Of a stretch of 61,625 bases of DNA, positions 31,136-41,290 are shown in pieces (within the stretch, counting starts at the first letter, position 1; every line of letters begins with the position of its first letter). The stretch is from contig NZ_JAYVPL010000091.1 in the NCBI RefSeq assembly GCF_043757465.1, forward strand, positions 1 through 61,625, written 5' to 3'. The position numbers and the translations under genes are program-made. Origin of the DNA: Armatimonas sp. (lineage in GTDB: Bacteria > Armatimonadota > Armatimonadia > Armatimonadales > Armatimonadaceae). The notes beneath the pieces were generated by a model that saw only the letters and a program-made list of their open reading frames with translations, searched no databases and had not been told where the DNA came from.

Positions 31136-31592
31136 CGAAATAATTTTGCCGATTGAGGCGGCGACGCTCCTGCGTATCCTGCCACACCGCTATCCCTTTC
31201 TACTCGTAGACCGTGTGCTCGAAGTGGAGCTGGGCAAGCGCATCCTAGCCCGCAAGAACGTGACGGTCAACGAGCCCCACTTTGTCGGGCACTTTCCGAT
31301 GGTTCCGATCATGCCAGGCGTCTTACAGATCGAGTGTATGGCCCAGGTCGGGGGAGTTTTGCTCCTGCTAGAGCCGGGCAACGAGGGCAAGCTGGCCCTG
31401 CTCACGGGTATTGAGAAGGCTCGTTTCAGGCGCAAAGTGGTTCCGGGCGATGTGCTAGAGATCGAGATCACGGTCATTAAAGTACGTGGTGCGATGGGCT
31501 GGATTCACTGCGAGGCAAAAGTCGAGGGCAAGATTGCCTCGGAGGCCGACATCTCCTTTGCACTGGCGGAAGGGAACATGAACGATCTATGA
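31122..31592 (+). CDS. fabZ: 3-hydroxyacyl-ACP dehydratase FabZ
   Basis: [15 protein letters not shown]...[24 protein letters not shown] is the FabZ hotdog signature. Confidence 0.9.
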   Translation: MILSNEIILPIEAATLLRILPHRYPFLLVDRVLEVELGKRILARKNVTVNEPHFVGHFPMVPIMPGVLQIECMAQVGGVLLLLEPGNEGKLALLTGIEKARFRRKVVPGDVLEIEITVIKVRGAMGWIHCEAKVEGKIASEADISFALAEGNMNDL

Positions 31593-32392
31593 GTACCCCT
31601 AAAATTCACGCGACTGCCGTCATTGATCCCACTGCCCAGATCGGGGAAAATGTGGAGATTGGTGCCTACACGGTTATCGGCCCCGACTGTATTGTCGGTG
31701 AGGGCACTATTCTGGGTCCCCATGTGGTTATGGAGCAGTATACAGAGCTGGGCAACCTGTGCCAGGTGCGTGCCGGAGCCGTGCTCGGTGGCCCCCCACA
31801 GGACAATAAGTTCAAGGGCGAGCGCTCGTTCGTGCGCGTCGGTGACCGAACCCAGATCCGCGAGTTTGTCACCATTCACCGCTCCACGGGTGAGGACGAA
31901 GCCACAACGGTGGGTGAAGATGGGCTGATCATGGCTTATGTGCATATCGGCCACAACTGCCACGTCGGCAACAAAGTCATGCTCTCGTCGTATGCGGGCC
32001 TCTCTGGCCATATCTATGTCGAGGACAATGTGGTTGTCGGGGGCATTGTGGGGATGCATCAGTTCGTGCGTGTGGGCCGCTACGCCATGGTGGGCGGGTA
32101 CTCCAAAGTGGTTCAGGATGTCCCCCCGTTCATGCTCGCGGATGGCCGCCCCGCCGATGTGCTGGATCTGAACATTCGGGGGCTGCGCCGTGCGGGCATT
32201 GATGCCAATACGCGAAACGCGCTCAAGCAGGCCTATAAGTTCCTCTACCGCTCCAACCTGAACCGTACCCAGGCCCTGGAGGCGATTGCCGAGGAGCTGG
32301 ACTCCAACCCGGACTTGGACTACTTAGTGCAGTTCATTGAGCGGATGAAAGACGGTACCTCAGGCCGTCAGGAAGACCGCCCCCGGCGCTAA
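31589..32392 (+). CDS. lpxA: Acyl-ACP--UDP-N-acetylglucosamine O-acyltransferase LpxA
   Basis: Left-handed beta-helix hexapeptide repeats and the LpxA C-terminal helical domain. HIGHNC block. ATGA overlap with fabZ. Confidence 0.9.
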   Translation: MSTPKIHATAVIDPTAQIGENVEIGAYTVIGPDCIVGEGTILGPHVVMEQYTELGNLCQVRAGAVLGGPPQDNKFKGERSFVRVGDRTQIREFVTIHRSTGEDEATTVGEDGLIMAYVHIGHNCHVGNKVMLSSYAGLSGHIYVEDNVVVGGIVGMHQFVRVGRYAMVGGYSKVVQDVPPFMLADGRPADVLDLNIRGLRRAGIDANTRNALKQAYKFLYRSNLNRTQALEAIAEELDSNPDLDYLVQFIERMKDGTSGRQEDRPRR

Positions 32393-32395
32393 CCT

Positions 32396-33715
32396 ATGCG
32401 CATTGTGATCACTGCCGCCGAAGCCTCCGGAGACCGCGTCGCGGGTCAGCTCGCTCGTGAGCTGCGTCGCCTAGTTCCGGAGGTGGAGATCTACGGGAGC
32501 GGCGGCACGTGGCTGCGTGACGCGGGCGCGGAGGTTCTGGTGGACGCCAACGCCTTTGGTGTCATTGGTATCGCAGCGGCTCTGAAGCGGTTCCCGCAGA
32601 TGCTCTCTGCCCGACACCGGCTCCTCACCGAGCTCAAGAAGCGCCCCCCGGATGTGCTCATCCCCATTGATGCACGGGCCTTCCATCTGGGAATCGGCCC
32701 GATTCAGGGGCTGGTGCCCTGGGCACGGCGCCACCTCCCCCAAACCAAGATTCTCTACTACTTCCCTCCAGGCTCGTGGCACAAGACCTTAAAGTACACC
32801 CCTTTGAGCGGCTTGGTGGATGCCGTTGCCTCCCCCTTTCCCTGGAACGCGAGCGAGCTCAACCGGCTGGGTGTCCGCGCGGAGTTTGTCGGGCATCCGC
32901 TGCTCGATCTGGTGAAGCCCTCGCAGCCGCTTGCCCTCTTTGCCAAGAAGTACGGGCTGGATACCGATAAGCCCCTGGTCGGGCTGCTGCCAGGAAGCCG
33001 AACGCAGGAGATTGAGGCCATTCTGCCCGTCCAGCTTGCCGCCGCCCTCCAGATCGCCCAGCGCATCCCCGGTGTCCAGTTTCTGATCGCCCTGGCCCCT
33101 ACGGTAGCGCGGGCACAGGTGGAGGCCGCGATCATTGAGGCCACACGCCACCCCGAGGTCTTGAAGGAACAGCCCAAGCCCTCCTCGGACACCCGGCAGC
33201 GCCGCATTGTTCTGGCGGAGGGTTCCGCAGAGGCATTGCGCCAGCGACAGCGGGAGTGGAGTGAGCACGCACAGCCGCACCGCAGTGATCGCCTGGTGAT
33301 TCCTCCTTTCGCCATTGTGGAGGATGCCACCTACGATGTGCTCTCCGCCGCCGATGTGCTGATCTGCAAGTCCGGAACCACGACCCTGGAGGCAGCGATC
33401 CTGGGAAAGCCGATGGTGATAGTCTACAAGCTCGGGCGCGGCAATGCGCTCCAGCTCGCGCTGATTCGCAAGAGTTTACCCCGCTTTGTGGGGATGCCCA
33501 ATATTATCGCAGGCAAAGAGATCTGCCGGGAGCTCTTGCAGGAAGCAGCTACCCCGGAGGCAATCGCCTCGGAGATATTGGGAATGCTCCTTGATCCAGA
33601 TCGCATGGCCCGGATGCGCCGCGACTTAGCCCAGGTGCGCTCTCAGCTCGGGGAGCCAGGCGGTGCGGAGCGCACCGCCCAGCTCGCCCTCTCCCTAAGC
33701 TCGCCCTCTCCCTAG
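32396..33715 (+). CDS. lpxB: Lipid-A-disaccharide synthase LpxB
   Basis: N-terminus MRIVITAAEASGDRVAGQL, GT-B fold, 439 aa. Completes the lpxC-fabZ-lpxA-lpxB cluster. Confidence 0.85.
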   Translation: MRIVITAAEASGDRVAGQLARELRRLVPEVEIYGSGGTWLRDAGAEVLVDANAFGVIGIAAALKRFPQMLSARHRLLTELKKRPPDVLIPIDARAFHLGIGPIQGLVPWARRHLPQTKILYYFPPGSWHKTLKYTPLSGLVDAVASPFPWNASELNRLGVRAEFVGHPLLDLVKPSQPLALFAKKYGLDTDKPLVGLLPGSRTQEIEAILPVQLAAALQIAQRIPGVQFLIALAPTVARAQVEAAIIEATRHPEVLKEQPKPSSDTRQRRIVLAEGSAEALRQRQREWSEHAQPHRSDRLVIPPFAIVEDATYDVLSAADVLICKSGTTTLEAAILGKPMVIVYKLGRGNALQLALIRKSLPRFVGMPNIIAGKEICRELLQEAATPEAIASEILGMLLDPDRMARMRRDLAQVRSQLGEPGGAERTAQLALSLSSPSP

Positions 33716-34332
33716 TGGGCGCGTGTTCGAGCGTAGAGCTGGATTAGGGTTGCGCTGTCACGAGAGCTGAGCGCGGAGCTGGTCTTGATAATGTCGTGCA
33801 TCACATCACCGTTGAAGGCGCTGTGCCCGTTGTCTCCTATGTTACGCCCGACAATGCCCAGGCTATGGCCGAACTCATGCTCGGCAGTGGGCAAGAGAAG
33901 CGCACTGGCGACGCCCTTCCTGAACGTGATGTCACTCTTCTGAATGATGCCATCCGTGGTGGGATTACTGGGAGAATCAAAAAATCTCACCTGGGTAATT
34001 CCCACCCCGCCATCCGCAGCGTTCACCGTATCGCTAAATGTCACCGTAATATCCGCTTCGGTGGCATCCGTGGTCTGCGTGAAGCGTACCAGGTTACTCG
34101 TGCCCGTGCTCCAGGCAGCGGCGGCAGCCATCAGCTCCGTCGAGCGGTCGGCTGTTCCGTCGAGACCAATAAAGACTTTAAGCGGACTAGCAGTCTTGCT
34201 GCTGGACCAGCGTAGCGAGAGGTTAAGCTCACTAAAATAATCCGCAGTGGTGGGAGCGGGCGTGCTACTACTACCGGCGCAGCCCCCCAGGACAGAAAAA
34301 AGAGCCAAACTACCAAAAAAGTGTCGTTTCAT
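33712..34332 (-). CDS. Matrixin/zincin-like metalloprotease lipoprotein
   Basis: Start at MKRHFFGSLALFSVLGGCAG (signal peptide plus lipobox LGGC). HEFGHSLGIVGRNIGDNGH is a HExxHxxGxxH zincin motif. The upstream 85-codon ORF-track extension was rejected. Confidence 0.6.
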   Translation of the reverse strand: MKRHFFGSLALFSVLGGCAGSSSTPAPTTADYFSELNLSLRWSSSKTASPLKVFIGLDGTADRSTELMAAAAAWSTGTSNLVRFTQTTDATEADITVTFSDTVNAADGGVGITQVRFFDSPSNPTTDGIIQKSDITFRKGVASALLLPTAEHEFGHSLGIVGRNIGDNGHSAFNGDVMHDIIKTSSALSSRDSATLIQLYARTRAH

Positions 34333-34362
34333 AGGTAATAGTATACAGGGTACAATCGGCAC

Positions 34363-35586
34363 ATGCGTGCAATCTTGCTTTCCTGGGAGTACCCACCTAT
34401 GCGGGTGGGCGGTATCGCGGCGGCGCTGGAGGGGCTTGCTCCGGCGCTCGCGCGCTCGGGCGTGGAGACCCATGTGGTCACTTGTGGAGACTCGGGCGGG
34501 GCCCCGGAGGAGAACCCGGTTCCGAATCTCTTTATTCACCGCGTCACTGTGACGGAGCCGTCGGATAATTTTGTGCACTGGGTTCACTTGCTCAACGATA
34601 AGTTAGATGAGCGCGCCGATGCGCTGATTAAAGAGTGGAAGAAAAAAGAGGCGCGTAAAAAGAATAAAACGCCCATTGTGCTCCATGTTCATGACTGGCT
34701 GGGCCAGTTCGCCGGGATCGCACTCAAGCAGCGCTACAAACTGCCGATGCTCTCGACAATCCATGCGACTGAGTTCGGGCGTAATAGTGGGATTCGCACC
34801 GAGGGACAGCGCTACATCAATCAGTGCGAGACGGAGCTTGCCCATGAGTCGTGGCGGGTGATTGTGTGCTCGAACTTTATGCGCGGCGAGGTGGAGTACG
34901 CGCTGGGCGTGCCGTGGGACAAGATGGACGTGCTGCCCAACGGGGTGGAGACGCGCGTTTTCGAGGGACTGGAGGGCACTGCCTGGTCAAGCTTCCGCCG
35001 TCGCTTTGTCGCGGATAACGAGAAGCTGGTGTTCTTTATCGGTCGGCCTGTTCACGAAAAAGGCGCACATATTCTGGTGCAAGCGCTCCCCAAAGTGCGG
35101 GAGCTGGGGGTCAATGCCAAGCTCGTGATCTCCGGTGGCGGTGTCCGGGGGCACTTAGAGGCGCTCGCCTGGCAGCTCGGGGTCTGGGATCATGTTTATT
35201 TCACAGGGCGCGTGAGTGACGAGGATCGTGACAACCTCTACCAGGTTGCCGATGTCGCAGTCTTCCCCAGCCTTTATGAACCCTTTGGCATTGTGGCGCT
35301 GGAGGCAATGGCGGCGCACACGCCTGTGGTGGTAAGTGATGCAGGCGGGCTGGCTGAGGTAGTCGAGCACAATATGACGGGCACGACAACCTTAAGGGGC
35401 GATGCGGACTCGCTCGCCTGGGGAATCGCCCGCGCGGTGCGCGATCCCGGCCACTCCCGCTGGATGGCACAAAACGCCTACGAACGTGTGGAGAACATCT
35501 TCAACTGGGATGTCATCGCCGCAGATACCAAGGCCGTCTACGAGCGTGTCTGGGAAGAGTACAAAGCCTCTGACTGGGGACTCTAG
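34363..35586 (+). CDS. Glycosyltransferase family 4 (GT-B, GlgA/PimA-like)
   Basis: N-terminus W/EYPP..VGG (SWEYPPMRVGGIAAAL). C-terminal EPFGIVALEAMAAHTPVV is the GT4 E-x7-E region. Confidence 0.75.
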   Translation: MRAILLSWEYPPMRVGGIAAALEGLAPALARSGVETHVVTCGDSGGAPEENPVPNLFIHRVTVTEPSDNFVHWVHLLNDKLDERADALIKEWKKKEARKKNKTPIVLHVHDWLGQFAGIALKQRYKLPMLSTIHATEFGRNSGIRTEGQRYINQCETELAHESWRVIVCSNFMRGEVEYALGVPWDKMDVLPNGVETRVFEGLEGTAWSSFRRRFVADNEKLVFFIGRPVHEKGAHILVQALPKVRELGVNAKLVISGGGVRGHLEALAWQLGVWDHVYFTGRVSDEDRDNLYQVADVAVFPSLYEPFGIVALEAMAAHTPVVVSDAGGLAEVVEHNMTGTTTLRGDADSLAWGIARAVRDPGHSRWMAQNAYERVENIFNWDVIAADTKAVYERVWEEYKASDWGL

Positions 35587-35607
35587 CCCCTCAACAACTG
35601 CCCCCAT

Positions 35608-35640
35608 AAATGCCCCCAACTGTGGGGGCATTTTTTCTTC
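35608..35640 (+). terminator. Rho-independent terminator after the GT4 gene
   Basis: tgccccca-actg-tgggggca is an 8-bp GC stem, followed directly by tttttt. Confidence 0.75.
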
Positions 35641-35829
35641 TTGACTTTCTTAACAATTCCTGGCACACTAGAGATACAGACGTGGGACACTCTCCTACAA
35701 CTGTGAGGGTATCGTCAACAAAAACGGTTCTTAACCGTTTCTTAGCTCGGAGTTAATAGTTCGCCCCACCGTCGGGGATAGACTGCCTGTGTGGGTACAA
35801 ACCCACCAAACAGCGGAGGAACCAAACAA

Positions 35830-36738
35830 ATGCAACAAACCAAACGTGGTTTCACACTTATCGAACTCTTAGTCGTGATCGCGATCATCGCGATTCTCGC
35901 CGCGATTCTCTTTCCTGTTTTTGCCCAAGCCCGTGAAAAGGCCCGCCAGACTGCCTGTCTCTCCAATGTAAAGCAAATCGGCACGTCCATGATGATGTAT
36001 GTCCAGGACTACGACGAGATCACTCCAGGTGCTCGTGGTGGTGGCTGGGAGTGGTGGACGGAGCTAATGCCCTATATCAAGAACCTTGATGTGCTCAACT
36101 GCCCGGATCGCACCAATGGTGGCCCGCGTACCCAGGGTTCCGTTGCGGGTGTGACCGCAGGCTGTGTGGGGGGAGTGTTCGTCCAGAGCCGGTACTCAGG
36201 CTACGGCTACAACTGGGGACCGATAAACTACCGTGGTGGTGGTCTGATGGGGCCGTCTATACCTGCCGTAGCGGGCGATGCTTGTGGTCGCCGCCATTCC
36301 GGAACGGCAATCGCCTCCATTGACTCCCCTGCACAGATGTTCGCCTACGGAGACACCTACGATACCCCCCGTATGACGGTCGGTATTGGCTTCGCAATGG
36401 ACGGTGCAGGTGCCCTGAGCCGTAACTCCTCGATCCGGCATGGCGCACAGTGGAACATGGGCTTTATGGATGGTCACGCCAAGAACGTCAAGATGATTGG
36501 CGGATTCATGGTGGGTGGTTTCAATAGCCGCATGGCCATGCCTGCCGTCCCGGCTATTGGTAGAATGGCGTACTGTGCTGACCCTGGCTATATCGTCAAC
36601 AACGCCGGAACGGCACAGCCCGATGGGACTAATATTCCCAGCACCCTGCGCTGTGATCAGGTAACAGACTGGATTCTCGCCAACTATCCGCGCTGTACAG
36701 CTGCCTCAAATGGCGGCAACTGTCTCTGGCTGGACTAG
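35830..36738 (+). CDS. DUF1559-type prepilin-like protein (N-terminal class III signal peptide)
   Basis: [51 protein letters not shown] is the characteristic DUF1559 N-terminus (G at -1, E at +5). GGAGGA RBS 9 nt upstream of the ATG at 35830. Confidence 0.75.
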   Translation: MQQTKRGFTLIELLVVIAIIAILAAILFPVFAQAREKARQTACLSNVKQIGTSMMMYVQDYDEITPGARGGGWEWWTELMPYIKNLDVLNCPDRTNGGPRTQGSVAGVTAGCVGGVFVQSRYSGYGYNWGPINYRGGGLMGPSIPAVAGDACGRRHSGTAIASIDSPAQMFAYGDTYDTPRMTVGIGFAMDGAGALSRNSSIRHGAQWNMGFMDGHAKNVKMIGGFMVGGFNSRMAMPAVPAIGRMAYCADPGYIVNNAGTAQPDGTNIPSTLRCDQVTDWILANYPRCTAASNGGNCLWLD

Positions 36739-36746
36739 GAGCTCTG

Positions 36747-36932
36747 ATGATGAAATTCAAAATCCTCGCTCTTAGTGCCCTAGCCCTACTCGCACTAGGG
36801 GGCTGCTCGAAAACAGAAGAGACTGTCGTGGATCAGAGCGCGGCGAAGGCTAGGCCGGGAGCCAACACGCCACCCGCTGCCGCGTCCGCCGACACTGTGG
36901 CGAAGCAACGGGCGGAAAAAGAAGGTAAGTAG
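36747..36932 (+). CDS. Small lipoprotein (61 aa)
   Basis: MMKFKILALSALALLALGGCSK is a signal peptide with lipobox. Eight bp after the DUF1559 gene and followed by a strong terminator. Confidence 0.4.
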   Translation: MMKFKILALSALALLALGGCSKTEETVVDQSAAKARPGANTPPAAASADTVAKQRAEKEGK

Positions 36933-36958
36933 TTGCCGCAAGGCACGTAGCACTTAAC

Positions 36959-36998
36959 GAGAGGCTCCCTTAACTTTAGGGAGCCTCTCTGAATTTTA
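36959..36998 (+). terminator. Rho-independent terminator after the small lipoprotein gene
   Basis: gagaggctccc-(9 nt loop)-gggagcctctc is an 11-bp perfect stem, followed by tgaatttta. Confidence 0.6.
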
Positions 36999-37002
36999 GA
37001 CC

Positions 37003-39585
37003 ATGCAAAAAACATTCCCTCATTTTGGTGCGCCCGCGGGCACGCAATTCGCGAAAGTAGTGCCGGGTGGAACGACGATCCTGCCTAACGGACGCTTTCT
37101 CACCCCGCTGGGCAAGCGGCTCTGGGCTCCGCGTGAGAACTTATGGAGTGTTGGGCTCTCGCCCGATGGCAAGACACTGGCGGGGCTCTATGAGGGTGGC
37201 TTGGCGCTCTGGCCAACAAATTCCAGCGAGACTAAGCCCAGGGTGATTGCACGGCGCGATGCGGGCTTCGCGGGCGTCTTCACCAAAGACGGAGCGCGCT
37301 ATATTGTGTCAAGTGGCGATGCAGATCACGGGATCGAGATCTACAACACGGGCGACTGGGACGCCGAGACGGTGAAGATTGCAGCGGATAAAGAAGCCTA
37401 TATCAACGACATCGCGCTCTCCCCCGACGAGCGCTGGGTCTACGGCGTGGACGTCGCACGGCAGAGAGTGGTGGTCTTTGATCTGCAAGCGGGTAAAGTG
37501 GCAGCGGACGTGCCCGCGGGGCGACAGCCGTATGCCTGCGTGCTCTCCGCCGACGGCAAGCGGCTCTTTATCGCCAACATTGGAATTTTCGATTACAGCT
37601 TGGTGCCACCGCCCACGCCCGGCAGTGACGGAAACAAACGTGGTCTTGCCATTCCCGCGTTTGGTTTTCCCTCACCCGAGGCAGAGAAAGGTGTGGAGCG
37701 CGAGGGACGAAAAGTGCCCGGCCTCGGCAGCCCCTACGTGCCCGATGCACAGAGCCTCTGGGCCTACGATGTGAGCAATCCTGCCGCACCGAAAGTGACG
37801 GCAAAGGCCAAGACAGGCATTCTGATCCACGCGCCTGCCGATGGCGGCAAGTCCGTGGGGGGGAGTGCGCCCAATGCGCTGCTGCTGCGCGGCACTCTGC
37901 TCTTTGTGAGCAACGCCAACAACGATACGGTACAGATTTTTGATGTCGCGACAATGAAACCGCGCAAGAGTATAAAGCTCACGCCCACTAAAGAGACCGC
38001 GCTACTGCGTGGCGTAATTCCCACCGGCATGGCACTGAATAAAACCGGGACGCGGCTCTATGTCTGCGAGGCGGGGCTCAATGCCGTGGCCGTGATTGAC
38101 CCCAAAGCTGGCGTCGTGTTGGGGCATATTCCGACCGGGTGGTTTCCGGTGCAGTGTGCGCTTTCCAGTGATGAGAAGACGCTCTATATCGGCTCGCAAA
38201 AGGGCCTGGGACGCGGCCCGAGTGGCTCCAAGAACCCACGCCCCACTACCGACGAGCGCTCCGGGCTCTCCGCCATGCCCGGTATGGTGGACTGCGTAAG
38301 CCTTCCAAACCTCAATCTGGCCAGTGCGACGAAAGCCACTCTCGCCAATAACGGGCTGGTTCCTAAAGCTACGCCACTGCCAAAGCTCCCCAAAGAGATC
38401 GAGTATGTTGTGTTTATCACCAAAGAGAACCACACGTTCGATGGCATCTTCGGCACTCTGGAGAACGCTGCCGCTGAGCCTGAGTACGCCGAGTGGGGCG
38501 AGCGCGGCTGGATTCGGGAGAACGGCAAGGACGAGCGCATCCCGATCATGCCCAACCACCTGAAGCTGGCGCGGCAGTTTAGTATCTCCGATAACTTCTA
38601 TATGGAGCCCGATGCCTCTGGCGATGGTCATAGATGGCTCGTCGGAGTCTATCCAAGCCTCTGGACCACCCGCGTCTTCTACTCCGGCTGGAATTTCTCG
38701 CTCTCCGAGTCGGCACGCGGGCGTATGATCAGCTTCGGCTCCAACGGAAGCCAGATCCCCGAGGACTACCTTGAGAATGGCTCGCTCTGGGAGCACTTAG
38801 CGCGGGGCGGCGTGAGCTTTCGCAACTACGGCGAGGGCTTCGAGCTGCCGCACAACGAGGAGGGCGATCCCGCGACCAAGTCTGGGGCGTTCACGCTCGT
38901 CAACTTCCCCATGCCTAAAGTCCTCTACGACAACACGTGCTTCAACTTCCCGGCCTACAACAACAACATCCCCGATATCGCCCGCGCCGACTGGTTTCGA
39001 GAAGATATTGCGGACTACAGAAAGAAGCACCAGGGCAAGCTCCCGCGCTTTATCAATATCGCCCTCTGCAACGACCATGGCGCAGGCAAGCGCCCTGAGC
39101 GTGGCTACCCCTACACCAGCAGCTTCATGGCCGACAATGACCTGGCACTGGGCCGCGTTGTTGAGTTTCTCTCGCACCAGCCCGAGTGGAAGAAAATGGC
39201 GATCTTCGTCACGCAAGACGACTCCGGCGGCGACGGCGATCACATTGACCGGCACCGCAGCTTTGTTCTTGGGATTGGGCCGTGGATGAAGAAGCACTAC
39301 GTGACGCACCAGCACACCAGCATCATGAGTATCATCAAGACCATCTACCGGCTCTTCAATCTGGGGCCGAACAACCTCTTCGATGCACTCGCCACCGATC
39401 TCTCCGACATGTTTACCACGACACCAGACTTCACCCCCTACAAGCACACCCCTGCCGACCCGCGTGTCTTCAAGCCCGCCGACACATTTGATCCTTCGGA
39501 CCCGCAGTTTAAGCGCCGCCGGGGCGAGAAGCCTGAAGTGCCCCTCGACGACCCGAAGTTTATTGACTCTCTGCGCCAAAAATAA
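37003..39585 (+). CDS. Bifunctional YncE-like beta-propeller / phosphoesterase-family (PLC/acid-phosphatase-type) protein
   Basis: 860 aa. N-half has repeated beta-propeller blades (SPDGKTL, SADGKRLFIAN, TGTRLYVCE, SSDEKTLYIG). C-half has the phosphoesterase-family hallmark ITKENHTFDGIFGTL. No obvious signal peptide at the annotated start. Confidence 0.75.
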   Translation: MQKTFPHFGAPAGTQFAKVVPGGTTILPNGRFLTPLGKRLWAPRENLWSVGLSPDGKTLAGLYEGGLALWPTNSSETKPRVIARRDAGFAGVFTKDGARYIVSSGDADHGIEIYNTGDWDAETVKIAADKEAYINDIALSPDERWVYGVDVARQRVVVFDLQAGKVAADVPAGRQPYACVLSADGKRLFIANIGIFDYSLVPPPTPGSDGNKRGLAIPAFGFPSPEAEKGVEREGRKVPGLGSPYVPDAQSLWAYDVSNPAAPKVTAKAKTGILIHAPADGGKSVGGSAPNALLLRGTLLFVSNANNDTVQIFDVATMKPRKSIKLTPTKETALLRGVIPTGMALNKTGTRLYVCEAGLNAVAVIDPKAGVVLGHIPTGWFPVQCALSSDEKTLYIGSQKGLGRGPSGSKNPRPTTDERSGLSAMPGMVDCVSLPNLNLASATKATLANNGLVPKATPLPKLPKEIEYVVFITKENHTFDGIFGTLENAAAEPEYAEWGERGWIRENGKDERIPIMPNHLKLARQFSISDNFYMEPDASGDGHRWLVGVYPSLWTTRVFYSGWNFSLSESARGRMISFGSNGSQIPEDYLENGSLWEHLARGGVSFRNYGEGFELPHNEEGDPATKSGAFTLVNFPMPKVLYDNTCFNFPAYNNNIPDIARADWFREDIADYRKKHQGKLPRFINIALCNDHGAGKRPERGYPYTSSFMADNDLALGRVVEFLSHQPEWKKMAIFVTQDDSGGDGDHIDRHRSFVLGIGPWMKKHYVTHQHTSIMSIIKTIYRLFNLGPNNLFDALATDLSDMFTTTPDFTPYKHTPADPRVFKPADTFDPSDPQFKRRRGEKPEVPLDDPKFIDSLRQK

Positions 39586-39605
39586 GACTGTAGTACAATG
39601 CGCTC

Positions 39606-40397
39606 GTGAATAAACTCTACTTGGAGACGGCGACCTCTCTGGCACGCCAAGCGGGAGAGATTGGCCGCTCAATCTTCGTCACTGCCCGCGAGAGCACCTG
39701 GAAGTCCGACAACACGCCCGTGACTGCGGCGGATATTGCGATCAACGATCTGGTGATCCGAGAGATCTCCCGAATCTACCCCGGCCATGCTATTCTGGGC
39801 GAAGAGGCCAGCCAGACGCACGAGGGTGCTGACCATATCTGGGTGTGTGACCCTATTGACGGCACAATCCCCTACGCGCTTGGCATTCCCACATCGGCGT
39901 TCTCGCTCGGCCTGGTGATCGCCGGTGTCACCGAAATAGGCGTCGCCTACGACTTCCATGCCGACCGGATGTACACGGCGGAGCGGGGCAAGGGCGCGTT
40001 CTGCAACGGCCAGCCGCTCACGGCGTTTACGGGTACCAGCCTGCGCGCCACGGTCACGGATGTCGAGGGCCTCTGGTGGAGCGGCTTTCCCGTGGGTGAG
40101 CTTACCGAGCTTCCGAATCTCTTAGAGCGTGAGGGCAGCAAGATTCTCAAGGTCTGCTCGATGGTCTACGCCGGATTGTTAGTTGCACGCGGCGAGCTGG
40201 CAGGAATGATCAGCCGGGGCGACAAGCCCTGGGACGTGGCAGCGATGGACTTGATCATCCGCGAGGCAGGCGGCTGCGTCACCGATCTCAAAGGTAACCC
40301 GCTGCGCTGCGACGGCCCGATTCCTGGTAGCGTGGTCTGTGGCGCAGGCGTACAGGACGCCTACCTCAACTTAATTGACGAGGCTTTTAGCTCCTAG
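39606..40397 (+). CDS. Inositol monophosphatase family protein (SuhB-like)
   Basis: GEE motif (ILGEEAS), DPIDGT motif (VCDPIDGTIPYALGIP) and WDVAA (KPWDVAAMDLIIREAGG). Confidence 0.8.
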   Translation: MNKLYLETATSLARQAGEIGRSIFVTARESTWKSDNTPVTAADIAINDLVIREISRIYPGHAILGEEASQTHEGADHIWVCDPIDGTIPYALGIPTSAFSLGLVIAGVTEIGVAYDFHADRMYTAERGKGAFCNGQPLTAFTGTSLRATVTDVEGLWWSGFPVGELTELPNLLEREGSKILKVCSMVYAGLLVARGELAGMISRGDKPWDVAAMDLIIREAGGCVTDLKGNPLRCDGPIPGSVVCGAGVQDAYLNLIDEAFSS

Positions 40398-41276
40398 CAC
40401 CGCCGACAAAAATCCCCCGGCAGCATCTAATAGTTCGCGGGCTTTGTCGGCACTGACGCCTTTTCTTGCCATGACGATCCCCACTTTTGCGGAGCCGCCG
40501 GACTCGGTGAGGAGCCGGGCGGCGGTCTCGGCGTCCGTTTGGCCGAGGTCGGCGATGAGGCGCTGGGCGCGAGCGACGAGCTTGATGTTGGTGGCCTGGA
40601 CATCTACCATTCGATTTCCTAGAGTTTTCCCAATCCTGACCATCGCGCCGGTGGAGAGCATGTTGCAGATGAGCTTTTGTGCCGTGCCGGACTTGAGGCG
40701 CGTGGAGCCCTGAAGCACTTCGGCCCCGACGATGGCCTGAATCGCAATATCGGCGTCGTCGCACAGGGGCGCGGGGGTGGCGCAGGCAACACCGACGGTG
40801 ACAGCGCCCCGCTCTTTTGCACGGGCAATTGCGCCGCGAACATAGGGTGCCCCGCCCGAGGCGCTCATTCCCACGATCACATCATGCTGGCCGACACGGG
40901 CGTTGTCTATAGCGTCAGCGCCTGCTTGCCTATCGTCTTCGGCACCCTCGATGGCCTTGGTGAGCGCGCGCTCGCCGCCTGCGATGATACCAAAGACCTG
41001 CTCCACGGAGACACCGAACGTGGGGAGGCACTCGCTGGCATCGAGCACACCCAGGCGGCCCGAGGTGCCCGCCCCCACATAGATGAGCCGTCCACCTGAG
41101 CGCATTCCCTCGGCGATGGCGTCCACGGCGCGAGCGATCTCGGGAATGCAGCCACGCACGATAGCGGCGACGGTAGCGTCTTCGTCGTTGATGCGTCGCA
41201 GAAGCTCGTCGGTGGGCAGACGGTCTATGCCCTCGGTGTGCGGATTCACAAGCTCAGTACTGGGTAGGGTGTTCAT
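40371..41276 (-). CDS. murQ: N-acetylmuramic acid 6-phosphate etherase MurQ
   Basis: SIS domain (GRLIYVGAGTSGRLGVLDASECLPTFG) and C-terminal LTESGGSAKVGIVMA. 301 aa. Confidence 0.85.
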   Translation of the reverse strand: MNTLPSTELVNPHTEGIDRLPTDELLRRINDEDATVAAIVRGCIPEIARAVDAIAEGMRSGGRLIYVGAGTSGRLGVLDASECLPTFGVSVEQVFGIIAGGERALTKAIEGAEDDRQAGADAIDNARVGQHDVIVGMSASGGAPYVRGAIARAKERGAVTVGVACATPAPLCDDADIAIQAIVGAEVLQGSTRLKSGTAQKLICNMLSTGAMVRIGKTLGNRMVDVQATNIKLVARAQRLIADLGQTDAETAARLLTESGGSAKVGIVMARKGVSADKARELLDAAGGFLSAVLGAKSLVN

Positions 41277-41290
41277 GGTGTATTTTGCCT

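Noticed and set aside
34333-34587. N-terminal extension of the metalloprotease ORF
   Set aside because: The signal peptide and lipobox begin at the internal Met (34332). The extension is Arg/His-rich and would place the signal peptide internally.
38002-39672. Two minus-strand ORFs (264 and 291 aa)
   Set aside because: Antisense to the 860 aa propeller-phosphoesterase gene, which carries the diagnostic ENHTFDGIFGTL motif. These are high-GC shadow ORFs.
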